A stretch of 64,000 nt of DNA from Selaginella moellendorffii (taxonomy: Eukaryota; Plantae; Lycopodiophyta). The position numbers and the translations under genes were made by a program. Positions 13,201 through 25,900 of this stretch are shown piece after piece. Below the pieces are notes generated by a model. It was given only the letters and a program-made list of their open reading frames with translations. It had not been told where the DNA came from and made no database searches. The DNA is taken from assembly GCF_000143415.4 (NCBI RefSeq), contig NW_003314263.1, positions 994,165 to 1,058,164 on the forward strand, read 5' to 3'. The first letter of the stretch is position 1. Each line of letters begins with the position of its first letter.

Positions 13201-15866
13201 CGCCATTTTGATTATAGATCGTTGTGAATATTCAGACACGAGGACTGAAAAGCGCACTGGTGGCGCATCGAAGAAGGACAAACAGACAAGCAATAGGAAA
13301 AAAGGAGGTACAAATTATATTTGCAATGGCGTGTGGTCTCATGCCATTCCTTGCAGGAGAAACGTCTTCAAAGGCAAAACAGGCAAGCACCAGCCAAGCT
13401 CAAACTGACAGTGGTCATAAAAAGCGAAAGCACGTTGGACAGTCGTCGAGATCAGAGGCGTTTGATTCGAAAAGGAAGAAGGGCAACGAAAAGATGATAG
13501 GTAATGCCTCGCGGTTATGGTGTGTGTGCTCATGCCATTCATTGCAGATCAAGGGCTGAGTGAAAGCAGGCAGTCACCACCTCATGACTCAGATTCCTAT
13601 GGCGGACTCCCCTTCCCCAATCTCAATGGAGAGGTACAATGGATGAGGGAAGCTTTTCAAGTCAGGGCCACGTTTTTCTCATCTCGTCGTCTTCGAAGGG
13701 TGCAAGAACATGCAGAAACCATGTTAAGACAGTCGGGTGAGGATACGGTCCTAGGTCACGCACTAAAACAGGCTATGGATGTCTTGTATTTTGAGATGGA
13801 GACTCGGCCAGATGATTTTCCCAAGATGGTCCTGGAAGAACAAGCCATCCAGCCTGAGCAGCCTATGGAAGAAATGCAGGAGGGGGATGAGGAGTCAGAG
13901 AAAGATAATGAGCAGGAAGAGCAGAAGGACGAAGAGGAGGACAAAGAAGAGGAGGACGAAGAAGAGGAGGACGAAGAGGACTTGGATGGTCCTCACAATG
14001 GTGACGATCACAATAACGACGACGACGATGATGACGATGATGGCCAGCCTGAGGTGGCCAAAGAGCAGCGGAGGAAGGTCATACAAGACAAACCATCAGG
14101 TAAATAATAGTACATCCATTCCTAACCTTTTACCATTTCTAACATTGTCCATGTAGGTCGCAGAGCAAATGGTAAGTAGAGATTATTCAGTTGAATTTAC
14201 AAACTCTAGCCTTTAGTGTCGAGGAAGGATAGTGCCAAGCAAGGGTCGAAACGTATGTCCAATCCTTCAGAATCAGCAGTGCGCCCAAGTGATATCGGTC
14301 TTAGTTCCTCAATAGCAGTTGATGGTAAATACAGTATAATCGATTCAATGTGCTAATGAGTTTGTTTTTAGTAGCACGGGAGGATACCATCTCAATCGAA
14401 GGGAGATATTTGGACATGCATATGGATCCGCCAGTGGACTTTACTTGGCTGCAAGAGTCATCAGAGCTGGTGGAGGCTACTATCCATATCAACGCCAAGC
14501 AAGCTGACCACGCTCCACTTGATGCTGCCCATACCACTGAGTCAATCTTGTCCACGTATCCAACTGACGGTGACCAGGCGCCATTGGACCCACATGAGGC
14601 CGCCCCAGCCGCCGAGCCGGTCGTATCCTCATTTCCAACGGACTCAACGTGTGCCCAATCGTCTGACTACGTGCCGTTGGAACCTCCCTACACCGCCCCT
14701 GCTGCCTGTTTGGTCATGTCCACTTTGCCAACGGAGGCACCAGCTGAAATGGCGTGTGATCACACGCCATCGGAACCACCCCATGCCACTGTTGAGCCAG
14801 TTGTACCAAAGTCTACAGCTGAAATGGCATGTGCCCACATGCCATCGGATGCGATTGACCCCACATTGCAGAGGAGAGTATTTCCGCCCTTCACGTTTCC
14901 TCGACCAAAACCCTCTCAACGACCATCGGGAGCAACATTCGCTAATATTGTAGATGGTAAAATTGACTTGTACCATTTTTTATGCTGACGCATTTCATTT
15001 CAGAGTCACGGCGAAGGTACTGTATCGTTTTTGATCTGAACGGTGTCCTTTTCTCCCATGAACGTGGCTCGTCCTCGAATGTCATTGCACCCTCCAAAGC
15101 CTGCGGTCGCAAGTTGGTCAAAAGAGACAGATTCACATTAATCACACGGGAGAAACTGCGGGATCTAATAATGACCATGCAACACTTAAAACAGAGGGTC
15201 GGGTTCAATTTGCAATTGGGAGTTTGGACATCCATGATGCGCCACAATGCATTAACGTTGCTACAGATGATGCATGATCAGACGCGAGTAATATTACCAT
15301 TTGACTTTCTCCTAACGCAGGAGGATTGCTTGACTATGGTCCATGTGAGGGGTAGCAAGCCCATCTTCGTCAAGCTAGAGGCTGTAGTGATGAACCGGAC
15401 TGCTAGCTCAAGTGAAATCCTCATCATCGATGACTCGCCGATTAAAACTGCAGCAAACACGCACACATATGCAGTGCACCCCATCTCTTGCAGTATGGAA
15501 ACTAGGGAGAAGAAACCGTATGTTCTGGGGGACCTTGCAAAACGGCTTGGAGCAATGGTGATAGAGAACCGGCCAGTCCAGGAGGTGGCTGCAGAAATCA
15601 ACCAAATGGCAGATGGAACGGTATATCAGAAGCCATTTGATCGGACAGACACCAGTCATCATTTATGGCATGTATATTGTCTAGCCAAGCACTATCCGCA
15701 TCTCCATAATCTGCTCAACCGGATGGGTTCTTCGACCACTGAACATGAGCGTGGACGTATTAGAGAAGAGATGGCATTACTATTGGGTTTAAATCCTGAT
15801 AGTGTGGAGAGTGATGAAATTCCAAGATTATTGTATAGGCGTTGGAGGCAAAAAATAACAGTCTGA
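10244..15866 (+). pseudogene. large spliced accessory gene: ParB/Srx-like domain, degenerate MTase-like domain, histone-fold-like segment with acidic tract, FCP1/NIF-type HAD phosphatase; one nonsense codon at 11449-11451
   Basis: ATG|GTAAGT at 10244 with acceptor at 10485; FYAVSGQHS (ParB-like); CVVEYNCGGLFFRAALLKGVPCVAV (motif I-like); IVFDLNGVL and ILIIDDSPIK (HAD motifs); GT-AG introns, e.g. 11665-11718. Could be two genes. Confidence 0.65.
14982..15866 (+). CDS. FCP1/NIF-like HAD phosphatase domain (last exon of the accessory gene)
   Basis: DLNGVL motif I, GVWTS motif II, K, IIDDSP motif IV. Confidence 0.75.
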   Translation: MLTHFISESRRRYCIVFDLNGVLFSHERGSSSNVIAPSKACGRKLVKRDRFTLITREKLRDLIMTMQHLKQRVGFNLQLGVWTSMMRHNALTLLQMMHDQTRVILPFDFLLTQEDCLTMVHVRGSKPIFVKLEAVVMNRTASSSEILIIDDSPIKTAANTHTYAVHPISCSMETREKKPYVLGDLAKRLGAMVIENRPVQEVAAEINQMADGTVYQKPFDRTDTSHHLWHVYCLAKHYPHLHNLLNRMGSSTTEHERGRIREEMALLLGLNPDSVESDEIPRLLYRRWRQKITV

Positions 15867-16284
15867 GATGGCATGTATTTATTTTAAAATGTAACTTATT
15901 ATGGCATGGGGTTCCATGCCATTGTATTAATATTAAAAGACAATTCTTTGAGAGGATTTGCATTATACTAGAAGTGTTACAGAATGTTATTGGAAGTCTA
16001 CGAAGTTGTTTTATTAATAATGGGAAAGTAAAGATTGAATGGGGACTTGGGCTCCACCTAGACTCGGAGCAACTGAGCCAATATTAAAATGATGGAAAGA
16101 AATTGGACGACGATGACAAGGAGAAGAGAGAGGTGAAGCAGTGGCAGGGGGAGGAGAAGTGATTGAGTAGACATTTCCTTGTTTAAAATAAAATGGCATG
16201 TGCCTCAATGTAGTTGAATTTTGTTATATTTATATACTATATAAAGGTTTGGAAACCTTATTTTACAAGTGGGATAATGACAAT

Positions 16285-16308
16285 TCCCACTTTAACGAAA
16301 TAGAGCTT
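16285..16308 (-). repeat. right TIR of the Sola-like element
   Basis: tcccactttaacgaaatagagctt. Confidence 0.9.
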
Positions 16309-17967
16309 ACATCGGCCGTAAGAACTTCCTTGAGATTCTGCTTCGTTTGGATGAGGCTGTGCATTCACCGGGCGACCAGCCTCGTCGGAATGGCATGAGG
16401 CCTCACGTGATAACCCTACAATCTGACGGCCAACATATTTATTGGGATGGCATGGGGCCCCACGCGATACTGCAAGCCTTTGCTCCTCCTCCAGCTGAAC
16501 CCTGTATGGGGTTCGATCGACAAGGGCCTTATGCAAGGGTTGGCCGTTCAGCTCAGTTTGCGCACTTTGCAGAGACCTTAAGTGTTTTGCTAGGGACGCA
16601 ACCATCATGTTTGCACCCCTGCCACCCCATAGAGGTACAAAGAAGTTCCCATAGTTCTGGGCACCATGCCCATGAGCGATTATGCCAAACAGAGACACAG
16701 GCAGCTGCATGGATGAAGAGATTGCCTTGGGGGCAGGATTGAGTCGAGGTAAGCACGTCTTTTTCTGGTCCATTTTGTTGTGGATGATGCAGAGGTAAGA
16801 GTCAGGTCTCTCCATGGAGAGAATCCTGTTATGATAATATGCAGTCCTGCAACTTCTCTGCTCGATGTTGTGGTCGAGCCGCCTTTTAACCAACGTCTCT
16901 TGGTCTTGAGCACTGCAAGAATTCTTCAACAAAGCCATTTTGATAGCAGTGCACTCGTCACACTTTGAAAAGCTGGAGTACTTTCCTATACTCACATCCC
17001 TGAACCTGTTGCTCCACAATCTACTAAATCTAGATTGGCTCAGCTTCCTGTAGCCATTACTCTGGAGTTCCCGATTCACATCTTCCAATATGGCCCCCTT
17101 GGTATACATGGAAGGGAGAACTCGTTGGGTGTTTTGTGTTCCATCTTCCAAGAGGCGGGTTTTATGTGGTTGCTGCTCGCTACATGTCTCGACAAACCTC
17201 TTGAAGATTGCCTCTCCATATACAACATGACCCCTGGTTTTGTGCGTACTGTCGTTCCCATGGACTGCCTGTTGAACCCTTTGTTCCTTGAACTCAGTTT
17301 TGATTCTGTAGAATGTGGTTCGAGGGACTCCATAAATGATTCTCCATGCCTTCATGCAGACCAAACCCCTCTGGAAGACCATGCCCCCCACCTGATGTTC
17401 TGAAGCATCAACAGATGACCGTAATGCCTCATACACAAAATTGCGAGCTGCCTTCCAGGACAATGTCTTGTATCTTGCTCTCTCCTCTTCAATAGCATCC
17501 CAATCAGCATGTTGACAGCACCTCCTCTTACAACAAGCAATTGTCGAGACCATTCAAACCTCCATCGCCATTTTCTGCCTTTTCGGTTCGTTGCTCAGAT
17601 CCCTTTGGCTGCGCTTTAGGAAGGTGTACTTTCTTTTCCCATGAAGAGATGTTCTGTCATCAGTTGTAGTGGTGTTTGATTGTGAATCCTTCACATTCTC
17701 AAACACTAAATGCCTCAATTTCCACCGCACAATGCTTCCAATAGTCAGACTGTTTTCTTCTGTGTCAACAACCTCTAAAATCGCAACTCCAATATCATCC
17801 CAGCCTAATTCTTGATTAGCAACTGCATCTCTTGGATCGACAACTGTGGCTAAGCCCTCAGCTACCACCTCCCCCTTGGGGTTGTTTAGAAACACCTTTG
17901 CCTGAATCCATGTAGCACGGTTCTTAAGATCCACGGAGGGAACATGCATCGCACTTGCGGAGGCCAT
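16309..17967 (-). pseudogene. truncated transposase of copy 2
   Basis: ORFs 17554-17967 and 16258-17553 match copy 1; CGA>TGA at 17554; first N-terminal domain deleted; lacks the second and third catalytic Asp. Confidence 0.85.
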
Positions 17968-20798
17968 TCTGAAAGTGCAAAAAAGAAGTTAAGACCATAC
18001 AAAAAATGATTGGAGAATGGCCTAAATCATAACATACCAAACAACCTCAATAGCATGAGGCCACATGCCATTATTCAAACATGCTATTGACACCCACGTG
18101 AAATTTCGCATTCACAAAATTGGCATGAGGCCTCATGCCATCTTGATATACACACAGTTACAGGCAAGTAAAAACATACATGACAATACACTAGCCATGA
18201 AATTGCAAGGGCCCAAGATGGCATGTGGCCTCATGCCATTTCTAAATGTGGTCCTAAGCCATTCCATGGTGAACATACCAGGAGGCACAAGTGCCGAATA
18301 TCAAGAGGAAGCGGTAGCCACACCAAAGACAGTGCCACTCGCAACACCACAACTACTCGTAGCGCCGCTCGCAACACCGCAACTGCTCGTAGCGCCGCTC
18401 GCACAAACTGCCACTCGCAATGGCGCTCGCAATGCCGCAACCGCTCGTAGAAGCATAAACCACAGCTCACAACGCCGCTTACACAAGCAGCGCTCACTAC
18501 GCTCAGCGGAACCAAGAACACGGCGCACAAAAATGATAGACCTAGGATGAGTTCGAGAATTCAAAAATAATACACGCTTGAACGTCACATCAAATACTCT
18601 GACAAACCAGATCTTATGATTCCTCTGACAAATTTCAAACTGAGTAGCTTCTAGACTTTGCTGTTGGAGGTTGAACTTTGTCACATCATGTCCTTGCCTC
18701 GATCCAGCTGTGCCATGTCAGTGATTCAAACTTTGCCATGCCATGTCAGCGATCCGCGCCAAGATTATTCGCCGTGTAAAGGAATAATTATGCTGTGTAT
18801 GTACGTCCATTTATGGCAATATAAGGCCACACGCCATTCAAAGAATAATGCTAGTCGAGCATTTTTTGGTGCATTTTTGGGTTCAAAATTGCATGAGCCC
18901 ACACGCTATAAAGTTTACCTGTACCAAAAATAGAAACAGCTTTATTTACTTGGGAATTTAAGTGGTTGAGGCATTTTTAAACTTACAAACACATGCCCTA
19001 CTTACATTCCTTTGGTTGCTTAAAATTCAAAAATATTATAAACCTTTCTTTTTGCATTTTCAATGTTTTCAATTATGGTTTTTGATTTTCGCAGGACCAG
19101 CCTAGTAATCTATTTGCATCCCGTCATGTTTATAGCTAGCTTTCGTTTGTCCCCTTCGCTAGCTTGAGATACATCTGCTCGGCATCTGCCTCTTACAGCA
19201 TTTGCCCAGAAAGGGCATCTTTCTTCACGCAGCATTTGCCACATGTTTAGGGTTTAGGGTTTAGGGTTTAGCAATTCAGTAGCTTGATAAACATGCAAAT
19301 ACAGAACTTGATGCAAAATCCTTTGATATGTCAGGACCATAAACACATTTCAATAGAGAGGGTCTTTTCATTTCATAACTCCTTACGTAGATCTTGGTGA
19401 AACCAGAGTTAGTGAAGTTGGTTTCTTGTGATCCCGCATCTGATTGTGATGTCCCTTTGCAGTGTCGATGGAAAAGTCAATGCACACCAAACTGTAGAAT
19501 CTTGGAGCAAAATAACAGTCGGATCTATGGCAAATGCCCCTGAAACATTGTAAGGCTCGTGTGGTCTCATGTGGTGTCTGATCGAGATGCTTCTTTGCAG
19601 GGTCATCAAGAAGGACATTGTATACCATTCTTTATTTAGCTGAACATTTGGCATTTTTGGAAATACAAGATGCTTTGGAATATCCAATCATGCATGGTAT
19701 AAATATAGCGAGGGTATTAAATGATATCCCAATCATGATCTTTCTTTTGGATTTCGCGTGCATGCAGTCCGAGGAATGATGATGTTGCGGATTTCTTTTG
19801 GATTTCACGTGCATGCATGCGCGCGGCGATCCAGAAATTAATGGTGGCGCTCAAGTCTGAGAAATGATGACGTGGCGGGATTACCAACCATTGTGACATT
19901 TCGCGCGTGTGAGGTTAGGTTTTGCATTTTGCTTCGTACTCGCGCTTGCACACTCGCGCTCGCATCGCACTCCCACTCGCGATCACGCTCACATTCGCGC
20001 TCATCTACCTTCTCTACAGGTTTCTCGTGTGCATCGGCGTCCACTCGCGCTTGCATCACACTCGCGCTCGCATCGCACTCGTGTGCATCGGCGTCCACTT
20101 CAAGACACACCCAGTTTGTAACTTCGCCGCCAACTCCGCCACCCACTCCGCCACCCACACGCAGCCCACTTGGCGTCCCGGGAGATTTCAGCGCCACTCT
20201 CCAACTGTAAGTGGCAGAGTAGCCTTGCTGCTACGATCCGCTGCACACACAGTGCACATTCGCCAGCGAGTCCGGTTGTCACGCCTCCATTCGGCTTCAA
20301 ATGGTAAGTCTTTTAGGCCAAGTAGAAAATGGCATGAGGCCACATGCCATTCAGTAGCAACATTGGCATGCACCGATTGGGCTCTCGAGTGCAGTCCGGT
20401 TACAGATGGCATGTAGCCTCACGCCATCTTAGGATGCAGCCTCAAGACATCTGATGCAGTGGTGAATGGCGTGTGGCCTCACGTTATTTCCAGCTACTAG
20501 CTTTTCATCTGTCAGCTCTAATTGTTGTGCATTTCTGAACAGGTGAGGAATTGTGTTCTTCTTCCAGCCACTGTCAATGTGGATGCAGAGAAGGGGGAGG
20601 AGCTCACCAGTTGGACTTTCGGGATGGAAGGCGAGGATCTGAGGCTGTACAACACAGATGGTGGGAGAAAAGAATGCATGGGGATCCTCATCCAAGTGAC
20701 AGACACTCCATGCAGTTCCATGCAAGAATATGGACTAGCACTTGTGGTAGAGACAGCGTCCGCCTTCAAGATCCACCTTGCACATCCTAGCGGCTTCC
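16309..20798. mobile_element. second, doubly truncated copy of the Sola-like element (equivalent to ~5796-10741)
   Basis: near-identical direct repeat starting immediately after the right TIR; internal deletions near 17958 and 19631. Confidence 0.9.
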
Positions 20799-21404
20799 TC
20801 GGGGCTAGCAAGTCCCAAGTCCTGAATTGGACTTAAGGAGTTTGTGAATGAGACTCCTCCAAGTGGTTGGAGGTGTAGTTAAGTGACTAAAGTAGAATGG
20901 AAAATTTAGTCGCTTACAACTTGGTATCGAAGCTGTTTCTTAGTTAGACTTTTATTGGTGCTGAAGTATATCACCACTAGTGTTGGCATTGGAAGGTCTT
21001 AGGAGTGGGCCTATCCTTGAGGAGTAGTAAGTCGGGAAAACATGGCTCTCCACTACAGTTCAAATGTGAACTTGTAAGCAAGGTGGTGGATAGAAAAGGG
21101 CCAATAATGGAACAACTTTGGGATTTTGGGAATAGTATAAGTTTTCTTCAAAGAGTTGAGGATGTGATCCAGATGAATGTTTAACTCAGCAAATTGGCTA
21201 ATGTAATTATGATAAACAATTATAGTTGGGATCACAAGAAAGATAAAGACTCCAAAATAATAAAAGAGTCACAAGATTATCCTCATATGGTTGAGGTCGG
21301 TGCTCATGAATTTGAGACCAGAATTAATGACCGTGGAAGGTTAAATATGAAAGAAGACACATGTCCTTGAAATGGTAGCCGATGCTACCCTTGATAAATG
21401 CTGG
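20799..21404 (+). mobile_element. remnant of a different LTR retrotransposon (LTR 3' end, tRNA-iMet PBS, degenerate leader); probably resumes at 29113
   Basis: ...cgcttaca act TGGTATCGAAGC at 20911-20933. Confidence 0.55.
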
Positions 21405-22529
21405 TGTAAGCCACAAATTTTTCCTTTCCAATTTGCCAGCTTACCTCGTCTATCCGACCAACTCTGCCTTGGCTTGTGCTAAGTTCCCTCGCCAAGGTTC
21501 CCGCCTATGGTACCAGCTCCTACTTGGTCCTACTTGGTTTCAGCTACTCACTGCACAAGCAACAGAGTGTTAGCCATCCCTCTACGGATTCCCAAATCTC
21601 TCCCAATCCCCCTCCCCAGGTTAGACTGGACTTAAGGTTCGGCTAGACTCCCCGAGGCACAAGCAGCCAAGCACACCAAGCCTCCAGATCCCTAACACCC
21701 CTTGGTACCACAAGACTTGATCATGGGACCCTCTAAATCCCAAGCCTTGCGTGGGGGCGAAACACCGTGGCCTAACGGCCCGATATGGGTACCTCTACCC
21801 CCCCACTTCCATCCCGAAGGGAAGGCCCAAGCCCCTAGGAAGGGTGAGGACCAATGAGCCACAAGGTACTCAAGTGGGGCACCACTCCACATGAGCCGGG
21901 AGCACTGCAGTCGGTTTCCCTTTTGGGAGTGGGAGCTGCTCTTGAGCACTTCCCTGGGTGGCCCCTCCGGCACCACTCAAGCCCATGCTCACTCCCACCC
22001 AAGGCCCCTCGGCCCCAGTCTCAACCTCAAGTCAGTTTGGAAGCACCACTGGAGAGTTCCTTCAAGACTGGTTCCTGGACCTCACTATCCCTACTATACC
22101 TTTGGAACCCCCAGCAGCCCCCCCCCCCCCTGGGAGACACACGCTTTGGGCTTTCACCCCTTGAGCTGTATTAGTATGTGGACTTAGTCTCAGAATCGAT
22201 CTCGAACTCGATCTTGGACCCGACTTCGGATTCGGTCTCGGACTCGATCTCGGACCCGATCTCGGACTTGACTTCGAACTCGACTTCGGATTCGGTCTCG
22301 GACCCGATTTGGATCTCAGACTCCGTCTCGAACTCGGTCTCGAACTCGGTCTTGATCTCGGTCTCCGATTCGGCCTCGACTTGATCCCGGACTCTATCTC
22401 GAACTCAGTCTCAGAGTCGGTCTTGGACTCGATCTTCAACTCGGTCTCATCCGATGAACTCTTTGTCATTTCGGTTAAGCTTTTGGGGATCCTTTAGCCT
22501 ACGACATCTCGGGGAGTCGGTTCCTTACA
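21405..22529 (-). repeat. 3' LTR
   Basis: direct repeat of 27965-29107; preceded on the minus strand by purine-rich gggcggtggagt. Confidence 0.93.
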
Positions 22530-22932
22530 ACTCCACCGCCCATAAAAGAAGTTCAATGCCCACATCGAACGTCTCTTTTTATCCTACAACTTGTTGACCA
22601 TGTCTCCGGGGGCATCCCCCCACTTAGCGGTGTGCCTAAGTTAGCCTCCCCGGCCAAGAGCCCATGACAACGGAATATAGGTGTCCCTATACCCCTCACC
22701 TCACCACGCCCTAGTATGGGGTCGGGACTTGAACCCAGCCTTGCTTTACTAGGGGGTTGGGACTCGAACCCAACCTCCGTAGAATACGTCTACAGATTCG
22801 ACATCCCCGTGGGGAGTCGGGCGTAGTGCCCTACGCCTGGTCGACCTATCCAACCCATGCTAATTAGCTTACCTTTGGCGCGCCTTCGTGTCCCAACATA
22901 TGCCACTTGCTCAACTTTGCAAATTGATATTT

Positions 22933-25900
22933 TTAATTGAACTTTGCATAAGTACATAGAGTTCTGCCTTGCAGAAATTCCTCCACTAGATCTCGCGCGT
23001 TCGCTAGGTTCTCCTCCAGTTCCCATGTTGCTTCGCAGTGTGGAAATCCTTTTGACTTCACATGGAACTCTCTCACCTCGCGCCCTTGTCGCTTGCTCTT
23101 GCGCGCATTGAGGATGGCCTCGACTTCGTATTCCTCTTCCCCTTGGATAACCTCAGGTAAAGGTCTCACTTGGTCCTTGCGAAGCGGATCCTCAAAGTAC
23201 AGCTTGAGTAAGTTCACGTGGAACACTGGGTGCATCTTCCCCATCTCTCGAGGAAGTCGGAGATGGTAAGCCACTTTACCGATTCGTGCCTCAATCTCGT
23301 AAGGCCCCGCGAACTTGCTTAAGGAACTCAAGATCAATTCATTTACAGGAATACATGCATTTTTACCTTTGGGTCAACTTCCGACTGATCCCACTTGGTA
23401 GCCTGAGGTTCTTGGTGGTCAGCCACACCTTCTCCCCAGCTTGGAACTCTACGTCCCGACACTTCTGGTTCGCGTACTTGGTTTGCCTTTGTTGAGCTCG
23501 TTCCAAGGAATCCCTCACTAGATTCCAGATGTTGAGTCTTTCCACCATGAATGCCTCCACTACGGGTAACTCTCCATAATACTCGGCCACGCCGAGTTCC
23601 ACGGGACCTTCAATAGCTTGCCCATTGATGACTTCCCATGGACTCACCCCGATACTCGAATGTGGTGAGTTGTTATAACACATTTCCGCAAGTCCCAAAT
23701 GACTTACCCAATCGGTCTGGTCTCCCGAGACATAGCATCGCAAATAATCCTCCAGCTGCCTATTCACCCTTTCCGTTTATCTGTTTGTCAAGAAGTGTTA
23801 GTGCCAACAACTTGACTTAATACCCCATACCTGTTTGTGGGTGATAGGCTATGCTGAATTTCAACATGGTGCGATATTGTTCCAGGAGAGTCCTCCAGAA
23901 CCTACTGGTGAAGATCTTATCTCAATCTGAGATGATCTCTTCTGGTCTTCCCCGCACTTGAACCACTTGTTCGAAGAATAGCTTCGCCACACCTTCCACA
24001 TCCACCTCCATTGTGGTGGGTATGAAATGTGCCATTTTCGAAAATCGGTCCACCACCACGAATATTGCATCAAACCCCTCGCTTGGGGGGAGTCCTGTGA
24101 TGAAGTCCATCGTAAGACATTTCCACGGACGATATGGAATTGGGATGCTTTGCAACAAGCCCCCACTAGCCTTAGTCACGGCTTTTACCAGCTGACATGT
24201 TGGACATGTCTTTACATAGTTTTGGACGTCCTTAGCCATATCTGGCCAATGGTACTTCCTCTTGAGTAAGCCCATCGTCTTGGGCACTCCGCCGTGTCCC
24301 GCAAGAGGTCCGTCATGACACTCTTCTAAGGCTACCTTCCTTAGTTCCCCTTCTGGAACATATACCCTCATTTGCTTGTAATAGATGAGTCTGTTGCGTT
24401 CCGCATAGCCCGTTTTCTCTTCCGTTGGAAGCTCACCTCTTTGGTGAGCTTCCCGTGCCTCTAGATTCCTCAGCAACACTTCTTGTGCTAGACCATCGTT
24501 CTCATATGCTGTCCGCACATCGTCCCAGAAGGTTGCTGTTGCGCTGGATATTGCCAACCTCAAGCTCGCTTTTTGACTTAGCGCATCCGCCATGATGTTG
24601 CTCTTCCCAAGCTTGTACAGAATCTCGCAATCAAACTCGGCCAAGGCATTGGCCCACCGACCTTGTTTCCCTCTCAGGTCGGACTGTGACAAGAAGTGTT
24701 TCGTTGCCACATTGTTCATGTAAACCTTGAAGTGTCTCCCAAGGTAGTGTCGCCACTCCTTGAGCGCCTTGACCACCGCAAACAATTCCTTCTCCTGGTC
24801 AGGCCACTTTCGTTAAGCCTTTGTCCAACTTCTTCGAGAAGAACGCTACCGGATGGTTGTTTTGCTTCAAAACTGCGCCCAATGCAAAGTCCGAAGCATC
24901 CGTTTCTACCTCAAAGTCCTTACCAAAGTCTGGTAATGCCAATACGGGAGCCTTCCTCAACTTCCCTTTGAGGTGGGCAAATGCCGCCTCGCATTCCGCT
25001 GTCCATACCATCTTCCCTTTTCCTGTTTGGTCCGTTAAGGGCAAGGCTACTCTCGAATAGTGTTTGATAAACTTTCGATAGTAGTTGCATAGCCCTAGGA
25101 ATGCCCTCAACTCGTGTACATTCGATGGTCGCTCCCATTCCTGGATCGCTTGGACCTTCTCCGGGTCCACCTTGAGCCCGCCCTAGCCCACCACATGCCC
25201 GAGAAACTTTACCTCTTGTTGAGCAAAGTCACATTTGCTCTCTTTAGCATATAGTTTGTGTTCCCTTAGTTTCTCAAACACCTTCACCAAGTGTTTGGCA
25301 TGCTCCTCTAGCGTCTCGCTATAGATCAGGATGTCGTCGATATAGACGACCACGAAGTGATCCAGATAGGGTACAAAGATGTGGTTCATCAGCATTGAAA
25401 ACGTTGCTGGCGCATTACATAGCCCGAAGGGCATCACCAGAAACTCAAAGCTCCCATACCTTGTTCGACAGGTTGTCTTCTTGACATCTTCCTCGGCTAC
25501 CCTGATCTGGTAGTATCCTGACCTTAGGTCAATCCTCGAGAAGTATTTTGCCTTTCCCAACCTATCGAACAAGTCCTCAATCCTTGGCAAAGGGTACTTG
25601 TTCTTCCTTGTATACTTGTTGAGCAACCGGTAGTCTATGCACATGCGCATAGATCCATCTTTCTTTTTCACAAATAACACCGGTGCCCCATACGGCGACT
25701 TGCTCAACTTAACATACCCTTTGTCCACCAACTCCTCTAGTTGGCACTTGAGCTCCTTGAGTTTTTTTTCGTTCAAACGATAAGGGGGACGAACCACCGC
25801 CTCAGCACCCTCGACCAGCTCAATCTTTTGTTATATCGGTCGTGCTGGGGGCAGTGTAAACTCCTGAGTTTGGACTTCCCGGGAGGTCACCCAGCCCAGT

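Larger units (their letters stand above)
2998..16308. mobile_element. 13.3-kb Sola1-like TIR DNA transposon carrying accessory genes
   Basis: 24-bp perfect TIRs (2998-3021 / 16285-16308); DDD transposase; the same TIRs on the MITE at 40747-41034 give a 4-bp TSD. Confidence 0.85.

Noticed and set aside
3540-16215. Palindromic repeats interpreted as a CRISPR array
   Set aside because: Irregular spacing from tens of bp to kb, degenerate copies, eukaryotic context, no cas genes.
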